This document shows, one piece after another, positions 48,084 through 61,920 of a DNA stretch of 64,000 nt (its first letter is position 1; each line of letters opens with the position of its first letter). The position numbers and the translations under genes were made by a program. A model generated the notes under the pieces. The model saw nothing but the letters and a program-made list of their open reading frames with translations, ran no database searches and was not told the origin of the DNA. Origin of the DNA: Gekko japonicus (Eukaryota); NCBI RefSeq assembly GCF_001447785.1, contig NW_015164218.1, positions 248,001-312,000 of the forward strand. Direction: 5' to 3'.

Positions 48084-50929
48084 TGAATCCAGGGCCTAAC
48101 CAGTTGGCTGGAGAATTTTGAAAGAGGTTATCTTCGATAGTCTTGTCCCCGCCCCTCCAGGGACTTTTTCAAAGAGACATGATTCCAAGCACTGGTCTTT
48201 TCCCTTAAAACATATTACATCAGCATGGATCTTCTAAAGTGGCACTGGATCCCAGAGATTTGCCCTGAGTTGCAGACCCATTGGGGAGGTGGCAAATAGA
48301 TCTCATTGCAAGTAAGATCTCTGCTGTGCTTTCCTTGTGACAGCCGGAAAGAGAGGCACAAAACGCTCTTTGTCATGTTATGGAGTGTGGTGCTCACGTC
48401 TAGACTCTGATTGTTTGCTTTCTTGCCCTGATGAAGAATATTGATACAGAAGGGTAGGGCTGGATTAATCACCAACTACAAGGAGTATTCTCCGGAGCAA
48501 AGCCCAAACCAGACTTTCAAGGAATTGTATGGGACGCCCCCCCCCTGTTCTGTTGCCAGGGTAGAGAGATCAGTTTTCAAATGAGGAAGGGCCTTTGTGT
48601 GCAGTTATGCCAGTGTAAGCATGGGGAAAGAGCGCTGGTTACAGGTGAGTGGAAGGCCCTTCAAAACAGCATTAGGCTCCCAAGCCACAATCTTCACTTC
48701 AGCATGGTGGGATCGGGGCCCAAATAATCTCATGCCATCCACTAACTGGAGTGGGTTCTGCAATACAGGCATCCTAATGGACCGTCTAAACTGATTGCTC
48801 CTCCTTCCAGTTAGAAATACCCCTGTCCCAATGTGGTGTAGTAGCTGGAGTGTCAATGGGTTTTTTTTGCCTGTTCCCTCATTGATTGCTGGAATAGAAT
48901 TTAGCAGTTTGGTTTTTTTAAAAATTAAGACAACAGTTGACCTGTTGGTGAGTGTGGTTGAGAAGAAGACAGCAAAAAAGTAACCAAAAAGGGCATTCCA
49001 TGTATGAGACTGTAATCGATTTGTTAAGCATTTTGGAACCTCTGTGTTCTGGCCTCTTCCCAATCTGACCAATGATTGTGAACCAACTGGTAGAATCTGA
49101 AACAAAACTTTCGTCTGTTCTTGTTTGTATGGCATGATTTGCCAGGGAGTGGGGACAGAGCGGAATGTGGGCATTTAGAACTGGCAGGGGGAGTGGGGAA
49201 CAAGAATGGTTAGTTGGAGAAACAGGTGTCTGGCCAACAAAATAAAGATGGGTCCCCCCCCACACACACATACTGTGAAAAACAGGAGCTTCACTCATTT
49301 GGGAGTAAGCCAAGTTGCACATAGTGGGACTTGCTCCCACATAAACAATTCTATGGTTGGGTTCCTGCTCTAAGTACACATCCTGAAGCCCCACTAGCTG
49401 AACATGGTAGGACTTGCTGCTGAATAAACACAACACAAGGATTGTAAAGTTGGATTCCCCAAAGAACACACATTTGTCAGCAGAACAAAATTCGAGTCCA
49501 GTTTTTGTGTGCATGCACACTTCTTCAGATACATTGAAATGGAAATTACCAGTCCATACATATAGGTAGAGGGTGAGCAGCAAATTAGCATACAACATAA
49601 TGAAGAAGTTTAACAGCTGCAAGGACCAAACAGGAATAACAAGCTTAGTTGTCTGTTGGCATACACCCCTAGTGAACTAGAAGAAATTTCATATTCATAA
49701 GATCCAGAGGAGCCCTTCGATGTTACAGACACAGCATTGGCCTCTGTTTAGACATTCCCGCCCTTTCAAATGGCTGCTTATGGGCAGAATTTCAAGAGTC
49801 TTCCATTGCCATTTCTCTACAAATAGGCAAATTCCTGTGTCTGTCTGTTGAACTGGCTATCATGCAATCTTTGAACCACATAGAAGACCTAGGCTGGTCT
49901 CCACCTCCCCATCCACAGCTTTGTTTTGTGTGTTCCGGAGTAGAGGACACAATGCCGTTAAAGATGGAGCCCACAACTCCTGTGCCTATATTTAAATATT
50001 TGTTGTAAATATCAATGGCTCTTTTTGTAGAAAAAGCCCAGCAGGAACTCATTAGCATAATAGGCCACACCCCGACAGCACAGCTCATTAGCACATTAGG
50101 CCGCACCCCCATGTTACCAGAAGTGTGGTCATCCAGCCACACCCACCTTTTGCTTCTTATTCTGTTTACCTTGTCTGTTGTCAAAGTTCCAGGGCTTTTT
50201 TTGTAGCAGGGACTCCTTTGCATGTTAGGCCACATTCCCCTACTGTAGCCAATCCTAATGAGTTTCTGCTGTTGGGTGTGGCCTATTATGCTAATGAGTT
50301 CCTGCTGGGCGTGGCCAACTCGGGAGCCAGCCGGAACTCCGTTCCTGTGCGTTCCTGCCCCAAAATAGCCCTGAATACATGAACACGTGGACCTGCCTTA
50401 TTAGACTGAAAGTGCCCTTTAGAAGTGCCCTTCTAAAGTTGTTTTTGTTTTTTTTTTTGCTCTGCAGAGTGATCACTGCCTGCTTCATTCTGTCTAGAAA
50501 TATGTTTACTCCGTGACTTGGAGAAAAGAAAGCCAGTCCCCGGCTGGGGGAAGCCCCCCTCCCAAAGGGTCTGGTGAGGAGACCCCCCCAGAGTAACCAC
50601 CAGGGGCTGAAAAGGACACTCAAGAGTGGTACCTTCAACCACCCCCTCATCTGCTAGCAAATTAAGACATGGAACTATCAGCCAATAGAGTGGTAATTCA
50701 ACAGGTGAAGCGTTTTCCCCCCTTGGATACTCCGTTTCCATTCGCCGAACTCCTGTTTCCCCTAAGGCTTTAATAGGGAGCCCTGCTGGCGGGAGGGTGA
50801 AAAGGCGACATTCTTTGCTTCTCTTCTTTCTACTTTTACGGGGCAGAAAACATGATACATTTTCGACAGAAGGGAGGGATGAGTTGTTCTTTAAAATCGA
50901 GAATCTCCAACCACCCCGCTCTGCAAAGA

Positions 50930-51400
50930 CCCGCGATGATGGGGGACCCGAAGCCTCACAGGGACACTTAGGAGACCGCAATCCTTAGAGAGAGACCCCG
51001 CCCACTTCACGGTCTCTTTCACCCCCGCCCGCCCCGCCGTCTTCCCTTCTGCGCGCGCACACGCCCCTTCGGCCGTTGCTCCGGGGCACGCACGCGACTG
51101 CGCCCCGCCCCTCGCTCCCTCCTCCCGCGCGTGCTGACGAGCAAGAGGGCGGAGGCGGGCGAGGAGTCCGGAGCCGCCGCCGCCGCCGCCGCCGCCGCTC
51201 GCCTCGCCCCTTCCCTCTCTCCCTCCCTCCCCCTCAGTCGCTGCCAGACGTTGCCGGGGCGGCTGCTCTCCCCTTTTTTCCTTCGCCTTCACCCCCGCAG
51301 GCGCGCACATTCCCCTCTGCGGGCACCCTCCCCGCCGCGGCCGCCTCCTTGGCTTCCCCGCAGCCAGCACAGCAGCCCCTCCGCGCCGGCCGCCATGAAC
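50930..51400 (+). promoter_or_regulatory. LASP1 CpG island promoter and 5' UTR
   Basis: Very high GC/CpG, multiple CCCCGCCC Sp/KLF boxes, (GCC)8 at 51173-51196. Confidence 0.85.
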
Positions 51401-51463
51401 CCGAGCTGCGCCCGTTGCGGCAAGATCGTGTATCCGACCGAGAAGGTGAACTGCCTCGACAAG
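51395..51463 (+). CDS. LASP1: LASP1 coding exon 1
   Basis: Kozak gccgccATG; donor gtgggt; 69 nt. Confidence 0.95.
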
Positions 51464-54400
51464 GTGGGTGCTGCCAGGGAGGAGACGGGCCGGAGTTGGG
51501 GGAGGGGGTTGGGGGAGGAAGAGGGAACTGACGGGTGGCTGAGGGAGCAATTTGGGGGGTGGTATAGGGGTGGATAAGGGAGGGGAAGGGGCGAATTGGG
51601 GGCTGGGAAAGGAGTAACGGGGTTGGATAAGGGAGGGGAAGGGGCAAATTGGGGGTTAGGAGAGGAGTAACTTGGGGTGGATTGGAGGTTGGGAAAGGGA
51701 GGGGGAAGGGGTAACTTGGGGTAGGAGAAGAGGGCAAGTTGGGGTCGAGAAAGGTGTTAATGGGGGCTGGGGGCAGGGTGTAATTTAGGGGTGGGTTGGG
51801 GTTTGGATGAGGGAGGGGAAGGGGCAGTTTGAGGGAAGGCGGGGGTAGGAGACGGGGCAGGGGGTTGGGGAAGGGTGTGACTCTGGGGTGGGTTAGGGTT
51901 TGGATAAGGGAGGGGAAGGCGGCAATTTGTGGGTGGGTGGAATAAGGGTGGGGAAAGGGGCAGCTTGGAGGGGAGGAAAGTAGAGCACTGTCCTGGGGGA
52001 AATTGGCAGGGAAGCGATGCAGGCCCCGAATTGCCGGAAGGAGAGTCTGAGAATAAGGAAGTGTGTGGAAGGCGCAAAGGGAGGGCAAGGGGGCCTTTGA
52101 TGGCTGGTGGAAGGCAGGGGGTGAAGAAGGGGCAGTTGTCCATGGGAAGAGGTACCCAAGGCAGGCTGGATTAGAAAGCGGGGAGGCGAAGGCTTGAGGG
52201 AGGGGGGAGTAGGTAGGAGTTGCTGAGAAGGGACCGGGGAGGGAAGGGTGTGGAGAATGGGCGAGGGGCCTGGGAGAAGGGAGGGACAGGTCTGGGTGGG
52301 CTAACAGGTTGATATGAAGGCAGCAAGTGCAGAGTTCTGGTGGAGGAACAAAGAGGATTGAATAAACAGGGGTGTGTGTTTGTTTTTAAATTGCCTCTAG
52401 GGGTGTAAGTGACAAGGAAATCAGTTTTGAGGCACGCCAGAGGAATGGGGTGTGGAGGCTGTGTGTGTGTGGGGGGGGGTTGCCTGTGGAGGATAACTGG
52501 CTTGGTTTAGGTAGGTCAAAGGTAGTGTATCTGGCCTGCCTCAGTGAGAAATGCAATTTGGTGGTTGACTTTGGGAGGAGGGATTATAGAAAGGAGGCAG
52601 AATGGGAAGGGTTTAATAAGACCGATGATCTGTGAACAGCTGGTCCCTTTGGGGATGAAGAAGTGACTTGGTAGGCTGCAGATGTTTGGTCCCACATATG
52701 TCATTGGGTAGGGATAAGCTGTGTGTGTGGGCGGGGTGTAATTTCACTTGGAGTCAAAAGGTTAGGCAGCTGAGATTCTCGATGGAATGGGAGTAAGGGG
52801 TTAGAATATCTGGGAATTAACACATTGTCTCCCAACAGTCTTCCTTTTGGGAAAGACTTGGGTTTAAGGGACAGAAGCAGGGGATTGTTTTGAGGTCCAT
52901 AAGCATGCAATAGCAACAGGAGAAATGACTGCAAGTGATTGTGTGTATGAATCTTATATCTAGCACCCTTCTTCTTTCCCTGTGAATGATGGCTGCCAAA
53001 GCAGATCTTCCATATTATAGCATTCTCGTTTAGTGGGAAGGTATGTGAGTTGAGCTCACCTAAATAAGCGCAGCAGGCCCCAAACCTGACTTTCTCTTTC
53101 CTCTTTTCTTTGTTAAACTGCTGGTAAGTCCAGTTGACATAAGCTTGCTTACATTTCTGATAGCATTTCTTCTCCATTCTCTCAAGAAGAGAGTGTGGCA
53201 TAAAAGAATACTGCTGGAGAACAGCACCTTCTCAGTTCCTCGGGTTTATGTTGCAAAGGGGAAAAACACACACTATGGAACAACTGAATTGGTGTTGGGG
53301 ATGTTCCAGACTTGACTGCCAAGGTCAAAAAACATTTTTGAACTGCCTTGATGGCTGTTGGTTTTTTTAAAAAAATATGTGTCATTGCCAGTATTTTAAA
53401 TTTTGCTTTTCATGAACAATTAACAGAATTATACCAGTGCTTATTTTATTCCATGGTAACACACACAGTTAGGGGTCTCAACAGACAAAATGAAAAGAAG
53501 GCTTCTCGGGGAATAACTAGCTATCATCTGCTTTACATTAAATTCTGGTCCCCTGGCTCCACCCTTTGAACTGATTGTTCTGCAGTGTTTCCAACTTTCA
53601 AAACTTAGTATTGGTTTTATAGATCTCTTGTAAGAATTGATTCCTTGTTTTGCAGTTAAAGTAGCTTACAAATATTTTAAATTGCAGCGTCTTCCCTGTG
53701 GAACTCCATAGTTTAGGAGAAATCAGTTGTGTGTGTTTTGTTGATATTCTCAGTGAAAGTGTCAATTCTAGTTTGTCTTTTGGTTGCTAATACCTGCACT
53801 TCGGGGCTGTTCCCTCCAGGAAGATGTCTTTGTGGCTTTTTCTGTAAAAAAATGAAGATATCTTGATACAAGATTCTACTCTTCCCCCTCCTGCCATATT
53901 CTGGGGGCATCTGATGGTCATGCTAGATGTTTAAACCTCAGTTGCCGCAGGGGTACAAAGAGAGAGAGAGTGCTGTATCCTGGCTATGCTTACTGCTTAA
54001 CTCCTTGTTATAGTATTTGAGCTTGGCTGAGCTAAAAAACCACTTAGGGGATCAGACTGTGGAGAGGTAAGCTACAGGTGAGAGAGCTTAGCCTTGCCCA
54101 GCTATTCATCTTTTTTTTTGCTGTACAGTAAATTGTGGATTTAAATGAATGGGCCTGCTGTCATTATCTAATGAGCCTCCTGTGGATAGACAATTGCAGA
54201 ATATGGATATGGTTCCTTATCATCCTGAAAGGGAGGATGTTCTGTGAGGACACTGACTTCAAAGGAAAAGCATGAACCAAAGCAATGAGGAGTGGCTGGC
54301 CTTTTCAAAGGAAAAGCATGAACCAAAGCAATGAGGAGTGGCTGGCCTTTTCTGTCAGTCACTTGTCTCTTACAGTTGTCTGCCACATGGTAATCACACT

Positions 54401-57400
54401 TGTCTTTCCCTCTCCTGCCCACTGAAAGAAGGTTCAAGTTCTTAGGTATTCAGTTAATACAGTATCAGGATCTGGGATTTTTCCAGTGCTACATATGCTG
54501 TGCAACACTTTCCTTGAAGGTGGCAAGGAGTACAGAACTATTTCCATGTTAGGGTTGTGAATGGCAGTATCTGTGCCTAGGAAGTGAAGTCTCACTCCAG
54601 TATTGATTATTCCTGAGATTTCAGGTGTAGACAGTGAGAGCCCTTTCCTTTAACACAGTAGTGGGACAGAATTTAACAGTGCCAGATAGCCAGTAGCCCC
54701 CTTGACCTAGTGCCATTCAAAGCAAGCTTACATTTGGAAGTACTTCCAAAGGGAATAGAGGAAGGAAGGGGCCTATCTCAAATTTACAGCTGTGACAGGT
54801 GCCCCCCTCCCTGTCGTGCAGTTGAATTCAACTCAAGCAGAGATTCATATGAAGTTCGGTTGTACATTTGGTGTTGCATGTGTTCTGAATTATTTTGGGA
54901 CTTAGCCTGGTCACCAGATTGAGCATTGTCACTTCAGGCGATCTGTCTACTGGAACTTCCAGCAAAACAAAAATTGTGCAGGGGGGGGACTCCATTGATC
55001 AGCTCAGATTGTGACCATATCCAGTTTCTTAGATCGTAAGTCAGGTAAGCTGAGAACTGCATTAGACTGATGTTATGGGGAAAATGTTAATAAGACATTA
55101 TGAGTCACTTCCATATATGGAGCCAACTAGCAGGTTATATAAAAATTTCAGTTTAGTGTAATTTTCCTTAGTATTCAAGTCCCTATCCCATCAGCTTTAT
55201 AGATAACACAATTCATATAACTCCCACTTCCTGGTATTGTCCATAGTTGGTAGTATGATTTTGGTGGCTTAATTCCAACTGCAGTTGCTAAGTTCCCCCC
55301 CCCCCCAAAAAAAAGTGTGGGTATGGGGAAACTTCTGCCTTGTAGTATTTTAAGTGTTTTAAGTATTTACTTCCACTATGAGGTGTTTGTGAGGACTGCT
55401 ATTACCCAAATCAGAACTGAGACTCTTGAATGATCTCCATTGTGGGATATAAAATGTTGGTTGATAATTTTTGTAGGAACTACTTTTTGAGACCACAGCT
55501 AATTCAGTGGTGCATCACTTCTGTACCTTGTGTCCTGCTAAGAACCTCATTGAATAAAAAGTAGTGATAAGCTGGATTTGACATATAAAATGTTTCATAA
55601 TTTTTCTTCCTCCTGTTTTTTTAATAACCATTTGATATGGAGTAGAATTCTACCACACCAATACAAGACTGAGGGTGAACAACAATGGACTCCCTCATTG
55701 AGTTTTAATATTTTACTAGATGCTGCCCAGCAGGCAAAACTGGTCATTGCATTTTGTAGCTTGTTGCGCATGTCTGTCCTAGTCTCTGTCATGTTTACAG
55801 CTGTATTTACACAAACACCCACACTGCGTTGTGGACATCAGATAGATATGTCAACTATGGTTTTGATTTCCATATTAATCTTGCATGGTGTGTAGTACTG
55901 TCCTTTTTTCCTTCTTTTTTTGGACTGCATTGGGTGCAGTTGTATGAAGATGCTTTTTTGTGCTTGTGGTTTCTAGTTATAAGTACACCCGTGCTCTCTG
56001 TGGTACCAGAGGAGCTTCCAGTATGGGAAGCGTGGAGTCCATCCTAATTTTCATACAGATGAGCAGTGGAGGCATATGTGTATGGTTCCTCCTAACTGAT
56101 CTCAAACAGTTTGGGGATTTTTAAAAACAATACGGACTAACCAGTTAGCAAACATCCTGAACACTGTACATACTGTAGACTAAGAGTTCTCAATTTACGG
56201 GTCTACATAAAGGGCCTCAACGTTAATAACGATGTGGTTACAAGTTCTTAGTGGTACATACTTGGTGGCATACTTACTATTTTACTGTTATTAATGACTT
56301 AAATTAGCAGTTTCTTCTTGTCTGCTGCAACATCAGAATTGTGAATTGCATAGGTCTTGGCTGTGTATTTTTGAAATACAGTTTGCAGACAGCCTGAAGT
56401 CTGTATATGTACAGGAGGTGGGAAGGCTGTGGTTTTGAATTGCTATTTCTCTGCAGACTTGCATCTTGGTGGCAGAAGACTTGTTATTGCCTAAATGTCC
56501 TGAGGCTCTGCTTGTCCAGGTGTTTTGCAATGAACAAAACAAATCTGCACAGGGAATCAGTTGTAAACTTCTGCCTCCAAAAAAGTCTGCAGTATGAGGC
56601 CAGTTCTGCAAATGCCAGTATTTTAGGTGGGCTTCAAAGGTCACTGAGTCAGGTCTTGGGTTTTGGGGTGGAATTGTCTTTACTTTTGAATGCTGTGGGC
56701 ATCAAAAAAGAAAAGAAAAATACAATGCAGATCTTAAATGAAATGTCATGATGGAGCATGAAATTAGTTACATCTCAGGTAAATGGAGAACGGGTTTTTC
56801 CAGCTGGAAACCGGAGGGGTCTGCTGAACAGAAGAATGTAAAAAAATTCTGCAAAAGGAGTTGGCCCACAGGTGAAGGTGCAAATCTGTTGCTCTAGGCA
56901 GTCAGAGTGAGGAAGACTTCCTTTTCTCCAGTAATGAGTCATTGCCTACTTCTGTCATATTGGGTTGTGGTGATGTTTAAATATTGGGTGTGGTGCTTTT
57001 CATTCACACCAGACTCTCCATAGTTGCTTCAGGGGTGGATGCTAAGTATTCTGAGCATGAATGGTTTAAGACTACTAAACCCAGTCATGCATTTGGACAT
57101 TAAGCATAAGTTTGCGCTTTGCTACATGTTAATGCTCGTTTGCAAATCTGTAACTTATGTATTTGATAAAGGAAATACTCTGAAGGTTTGTACAGAAAAA
57201 GATCTTAAATCCAAATTGAGGTGATCATATGACAAGATTACATAAAACATAGATTACATGACATCTATTAGTCTCTGCAGAACTGATTCTTGTTCCCTTC
57301 TGTTTAAAGCAAGTTTTTTTATATAGAGTTTTTTATTGCTTTTCAGTGTTTAAAGCAAGTTTCTAGTCCCCATGGATATAGAGAAGTTGTGGTAGAGTGA

Positions 57401-58976
57401 CTTATAAACAAGTCAAGCTGTTGTGACTGTGGGATTTCTGGGCTTGTAATGGTAAATTGGCCTGCATCTCCCTTGTTCATTTCCATAGCCCTGCATGGCT
57501 TTTTACTCATTGCTGAAAGGGTGGTGCTGTTAAACAATTTGTGTCAATATATTTCTCTGGTTTTCTCTTGCCAAAATGAGTATGTTCCAATTTTCTTTCT
57601 TATAGTAGTCTGCTTTTCTTGTGTGGAAGTCTTTATTGCCAAAACATTGACTTTTCTGATTGAGTAAATCATAAATGCTATGAAATATTTTCTTTAAGAT
57701 TGGCACATTTGAAAAACATAAACTTCTGGATGTGAATGGCCCTGTAGCCTCTGCCTCTCTCTCTACACAGTTGCCAGTGGGTCTTCCTGAACATGTGTAT
57801 TGCAGCTCATGATGTCCACCATATCCTTTACCCAGCACTTTTAATACTGAAACCTCTGAAACTCATCTGCAGAATTTGGTGTATGTGTAAGGCAAAAAAG
57901 ACACCTTTGGTTAATTTGCTCAGCTTGCATGAACAGGCCTACATGAACAAGTGTTCAGGCTGTGGAAGTTGAAAGAAGTTAGGATGGACTTTCAGAGGAA
58001 GGAAGAATTAGTGGAGATACAGGAGTCTCTTTTGTAGTGATCCACAAAACATGGACTGTCTTGCTGGCAACAGCTTGGCTACGAGAGTTTGGCAGTTCAT
58101 ATTGTGTTGCCTTTTTTCAGGTGACACGCGATGGGCGTTTTCCACTTGCAATCAGTGTAGTTGTTGCTTAATAACAATGCTGCCTGTTGCCAGAATGGAG
58201 TCTGTTTCTTCCTTAGGGCACTGTGCAGGAGGAAAGTGCCTCTCAGCTAACTCATTTTGTCCTGGGGTTTCAGGACTCTCTTGCATCCTCACATCAGCAA
58301 AATGAAAGCATTATGTCTTTTATGCATCTGGAAATTGAGGCTGTTCCTGCATCAATCTTGCATGAGGAGGAGCCATCTTCTGACACCATATGGGAAGCCT
58401 AGGTTGGCTTTGAAGTAACTGTGAAGGGAGACCTTGCTTGGCGTATCCAGATTATGTTTCTGTGCTTAAGGCCGCATAAGGCAACTTCCTGTCTGACTAG
58501 AGGCCTCTTGCTGCAGCTGGGTGACAGGTTGCAAATATTTCCTTTTAAGGTTCAAGCTTGTGTCAGTATAACACAATTTTTTTCAGGCTGAGCAAATTGT
58601 GTAAGCTATTAATGCTTGTTTCTTAAAAACAAAAGTAGCTGAACACTCAGGATTCCCCCCCCCAAAGAGTTTTCATTAAACACAGTGTTTTGGGTTGACT
58701 GACCACAAGGCACTTGAGGAAGTTTCTAATCAGGCACTGTATAATCCTGCCTAGAATGCTAACCTTATTCAAAATACAATTTCCAGCCCAAATTAGCATC
58801 CTTCAGGTAGGAAGTAGTAGTCCATTAGAAGCTCCCCCCCCCCCCCCAATTTATCAACTCTTCTTTTTCATTTCCCCCCAGTTCTGGCATAAAGCATGTT
58901 TCCACTGTGAGGTCTGCAAGATGACTCTCAACATGAAAAACTACAAGGGCTATGAGAAGAAGCCATACTGCAATGC
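51395..58976 (+). CDS. LASP1: LIM and SH3 protein 1, 5' partial: join(51395-51463,58882-58976), continues beyond window
   Basis: [23 protein letters not shown]|[35 protein letters not shown] domain. Residues KIV, FWHKA and TLNMK match LASP1 rather than NEBL/LASP2 (KVV, YWHKG, ALNMN). Confidence 0.92.
51490..52010 (+). repeat. G-rich degenerate minisatellite at the start of LASP1 intron 1
   Basis: Recurring ggataagggaggggaaggggc..ttgggg units. Confidence 0.75.
54261..54352. repeat. Perfect 46-bp tandem duplication
   Basis: aaaggaaaagcatgaaccaaagcaatgaggagtggctggccttttc x2. Confidence 0.95.
58882..58976 (+). CDS. LASP1: LASP1 coding exon 2
   Basis: Acceptor tttccccccag, donor gtaagt; 95 nt. 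Confidence 0.95.
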
Positions 58977-61920
58977 GTAAGTTGCTTATAATGCTACTGT
59001 CTCTTCCTTTCTTGATAGCACTAAGAGCGAAAAATATAATTAGAAGGGGCTGTGTGGATCAGTAGGCCTAAATGTTGGCTTGTTGGACTTCTTTACCAGA
59101 GGAAAGATGAGTGGGGCAACTGAGATACTATCTGCGCTGCTATCTGCTTCAGAGCAATCTTACTTGGTCTTCTGGCATCCTTCCAAAGCCTTGTCACTCA
59201 TGTGGATAGTATTTCTGTAGTTGAGTTTATATAGTTAATGGTATTCATGTGTTTGGTGATAATAGAGAATACCAAATATCATGGTTTTTGATAGAATGCT
59301 TGCAGTCTAAACACAGATGGTTAGGGCAAGAAACTGTCAGAACTTCTTCCATTTTGGTGGGAGAAAACCCTTTATATTTCTTTTCTGGAATGAGTAAAAG
59401 GCTTTTTTAAAATGGGGGATTACTCATTCAATGATTTTAATGTAAAATAACTTACAGAATTAATGCATATACCATAAATATACGCTATGTTTGTTCCCAG
59501 AGTATGTTTACTTAAATGGAAGTAATTTCTTCCACAATTATTGTGGTGGTAATGCCCTGTTTAAGTGTTAATTGTTTTAGTTGAAAAGCTTAAATGTGTA
59601 TCTAAGTAGGCTGCTACCCTGACTTGATTTCCAATGGTAAGCCAAAGCAGCTTGCATCATTCTCCTCTCCATCTTCACAACAGCCCTGTGGGGGTAAGTT
59701 AGGCCGAGAGTGTGAGTGGCCCAAGGTCACCCAGCAAGCTTCTATGGCAGATTGGACATTTGAACCTGGGCCTCCCAAATCCTAGTCTGATACTCTAATA
59801 ACTATGCCATGCTTTCTGTTTTCAGTTTAAATCTATATCTAAATAGATTGCTAGTCTGTGTAACTGTATACAACTGTTTCATTAATCTATTTTCAACTGT
59901 TTGTTTCCTGCCTTTCAGATGGCAGGAACTATGACATGTCATAGAGTAGCATAGGGGGCAGCAGTCTGCAGCTCTCCGTAGCACTGTGTCTATTTGCAGC
60001 TTTGCATATAGAAAAATTCTGAAGTGTATGCTCAAATTCCATAAACAAGATTGTACCTGCTAAGTTATAAATTATGCATTTTATGTTGACAATAAAATAA
60101 GTTTAGCATGGATTAGGTATTTCATATGTTTAAACTTTTCTTAAAATTTCTGTGTGCTTGTAGAGGAAAAGATCCTGCATTCTTTCGTGATTTCAAAATT
60201 TCTGGATATGTTACATCTCTGGTTAGGACATGGGTGGTGGAAGGTACAGCTAACTGGAATGTGTAGATGTGAGCTAATGGCAGCAATTCAGAAAAAGTAG
60301 TGGGTATGGGAGGAGGTATTTGGCAAAGATGGGTTCCAGACATAGAAAACTTTCTTACATGGCAATATGGTGGCATGAAAAGGAAGAGATTGGGAGATGC
60401 GACACCAGAAGAACACGGAGGTGTCAAAGAAGATAGTGAATTGAAATGTAAAGCTATACATGCTTTGAAAAGTAATGGTTTAAGTGTATAATTATATTTG
60501 GAGGAGGGAAATAATCATAGCATTTAAGACGAGAAAACTTTGTGAGAGGGGCATTTTGAAAACAGGTTGGGAAAAGCTGGGGAAGAGTTGGTGCTTAAAT
60601 ATTGGCATCCTCTGGAAACATCGACAATTTTCATAATATATTTGCTATCAGAGCTGTGTACTTGGAAATTTTTAATTTAAGAATTCATATCTTACTGCAT
60701 AAGGGACTGGGTAATACAGTTTTACTTGGAAACAGTTCTAAAGATGTCAGAAGGGGTACTGATGTTTTCTCTTCACAGTGAAAATCTTGGTAATCGAATT
60801 TAGGTGTTAATCCTTATAAGCTTCTTGTTTATATCATCTGTCACATAAGTAAAAACACTTTAAACTCTTAAACTTCGGTACACTCACACTGACCTGCGCT
60901 GAAGATGGAAATAAGCATATAAATATAAGAAATAATAACACAAGAGACTGGAAACACTGGGATTAAATGTGATCTACTGATATAAAACAACCTTGTCCGA
61001 AACCTCTGAAGGGAGTGACTGCTGCTGAAGCCCTTAATCCATACTTGTTTGGCATCCTCAGAGGTGGAAAAATTAATATTGCTCCACTGGGAGCTTCTAT
61101 GAGATTAATTTAGTGGTAACAAAAAGAATGAAACTGTTTTCTACTAATAACTCCAGGCACATCCAGTTATCTCTGAATGCTAGTAGAGGCCCTGTTTTGA
61201 CATTTCCACTTATGCCACCTACCATTACCTACTTATGCTGTCCAGACATATGTGCTGTTTCAGTCTATACTGATCTCTCTGACCTACATAGCTATGAGGA
61301 ACCAGTGCCAACTGTGCATTGCGGTGAGAAAGATCCTACTTTTTCTCCTGGCATGCGTTCTGTGTTTCTAGCTGTGTACTTAAATATATGTAGCCTCTGC
61401 TAATGGGAGAGAAGCAGCAATCTAGAAAGGTAGGCCACCACCACCCCAGCTCCCTAGTGGCCAAGATGGGTGGCCCCTGGCACATTGAAATGCCTTCAGG
61501 CCAACACAGCCACACTAAGCTTGTGTTTTCTGTTCAGCCCGCCTTTTGTATGGGAATGGGCTGTGCTGTGGGCTCTGTTCATATCCTGTTACTCATAAGG
61601 CAAAGAATGCAGACACTGTTTGATGAGAAGATAGGGAATAATGGGACAGAGCCACAGACTAGGGATTGTCTTTGAATAGGAATTTGGGAAATGCACACAT
61701 ACAGGAGTAGTTTAATAGGTTATTTTCAGCTAAAATTACCACCACAGCTTGGGGGGTGGGGGTGGCACCATGTTTGAATTAGTCCCCTTTTCTTTTAGCG
61801 AAGCAAATGCCATTATTATAATATTTGTTGAGATGTGTGTTTTTCTCTTAGATCTCTTATCTTTATTCTTATGCACATACATTCACATTTAAAGTGTTAA
61901 ACACCTGCCTGATTGACAAA

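Noticed and set aside
48605-49622. 189- and 234-aa ORFs between IRF3 and LASP1 as BCL2L12 or a new gene
   Set aside because: Non-ATG starts, no BH or other motif, and they run through repeat fragments
50891-52143. Long minus-strand Pro/Gly-rich ORFs (219 and 284 aa)
   Set aside because: Products of the stop-poor CpG island and G-rich minisatellite; no domain signal
54261-54352. CRISPR-like or functional repeat array
   Set aside because: Two adjacent copies with no spacer and TTC microhomology; a simple slippage duplication in a eukaryotic intron
51395-58976. NEBL/LASP2 assignment
   Set aside because: Only CEV resembles LASP2; the other diagnostic residues match LASP1
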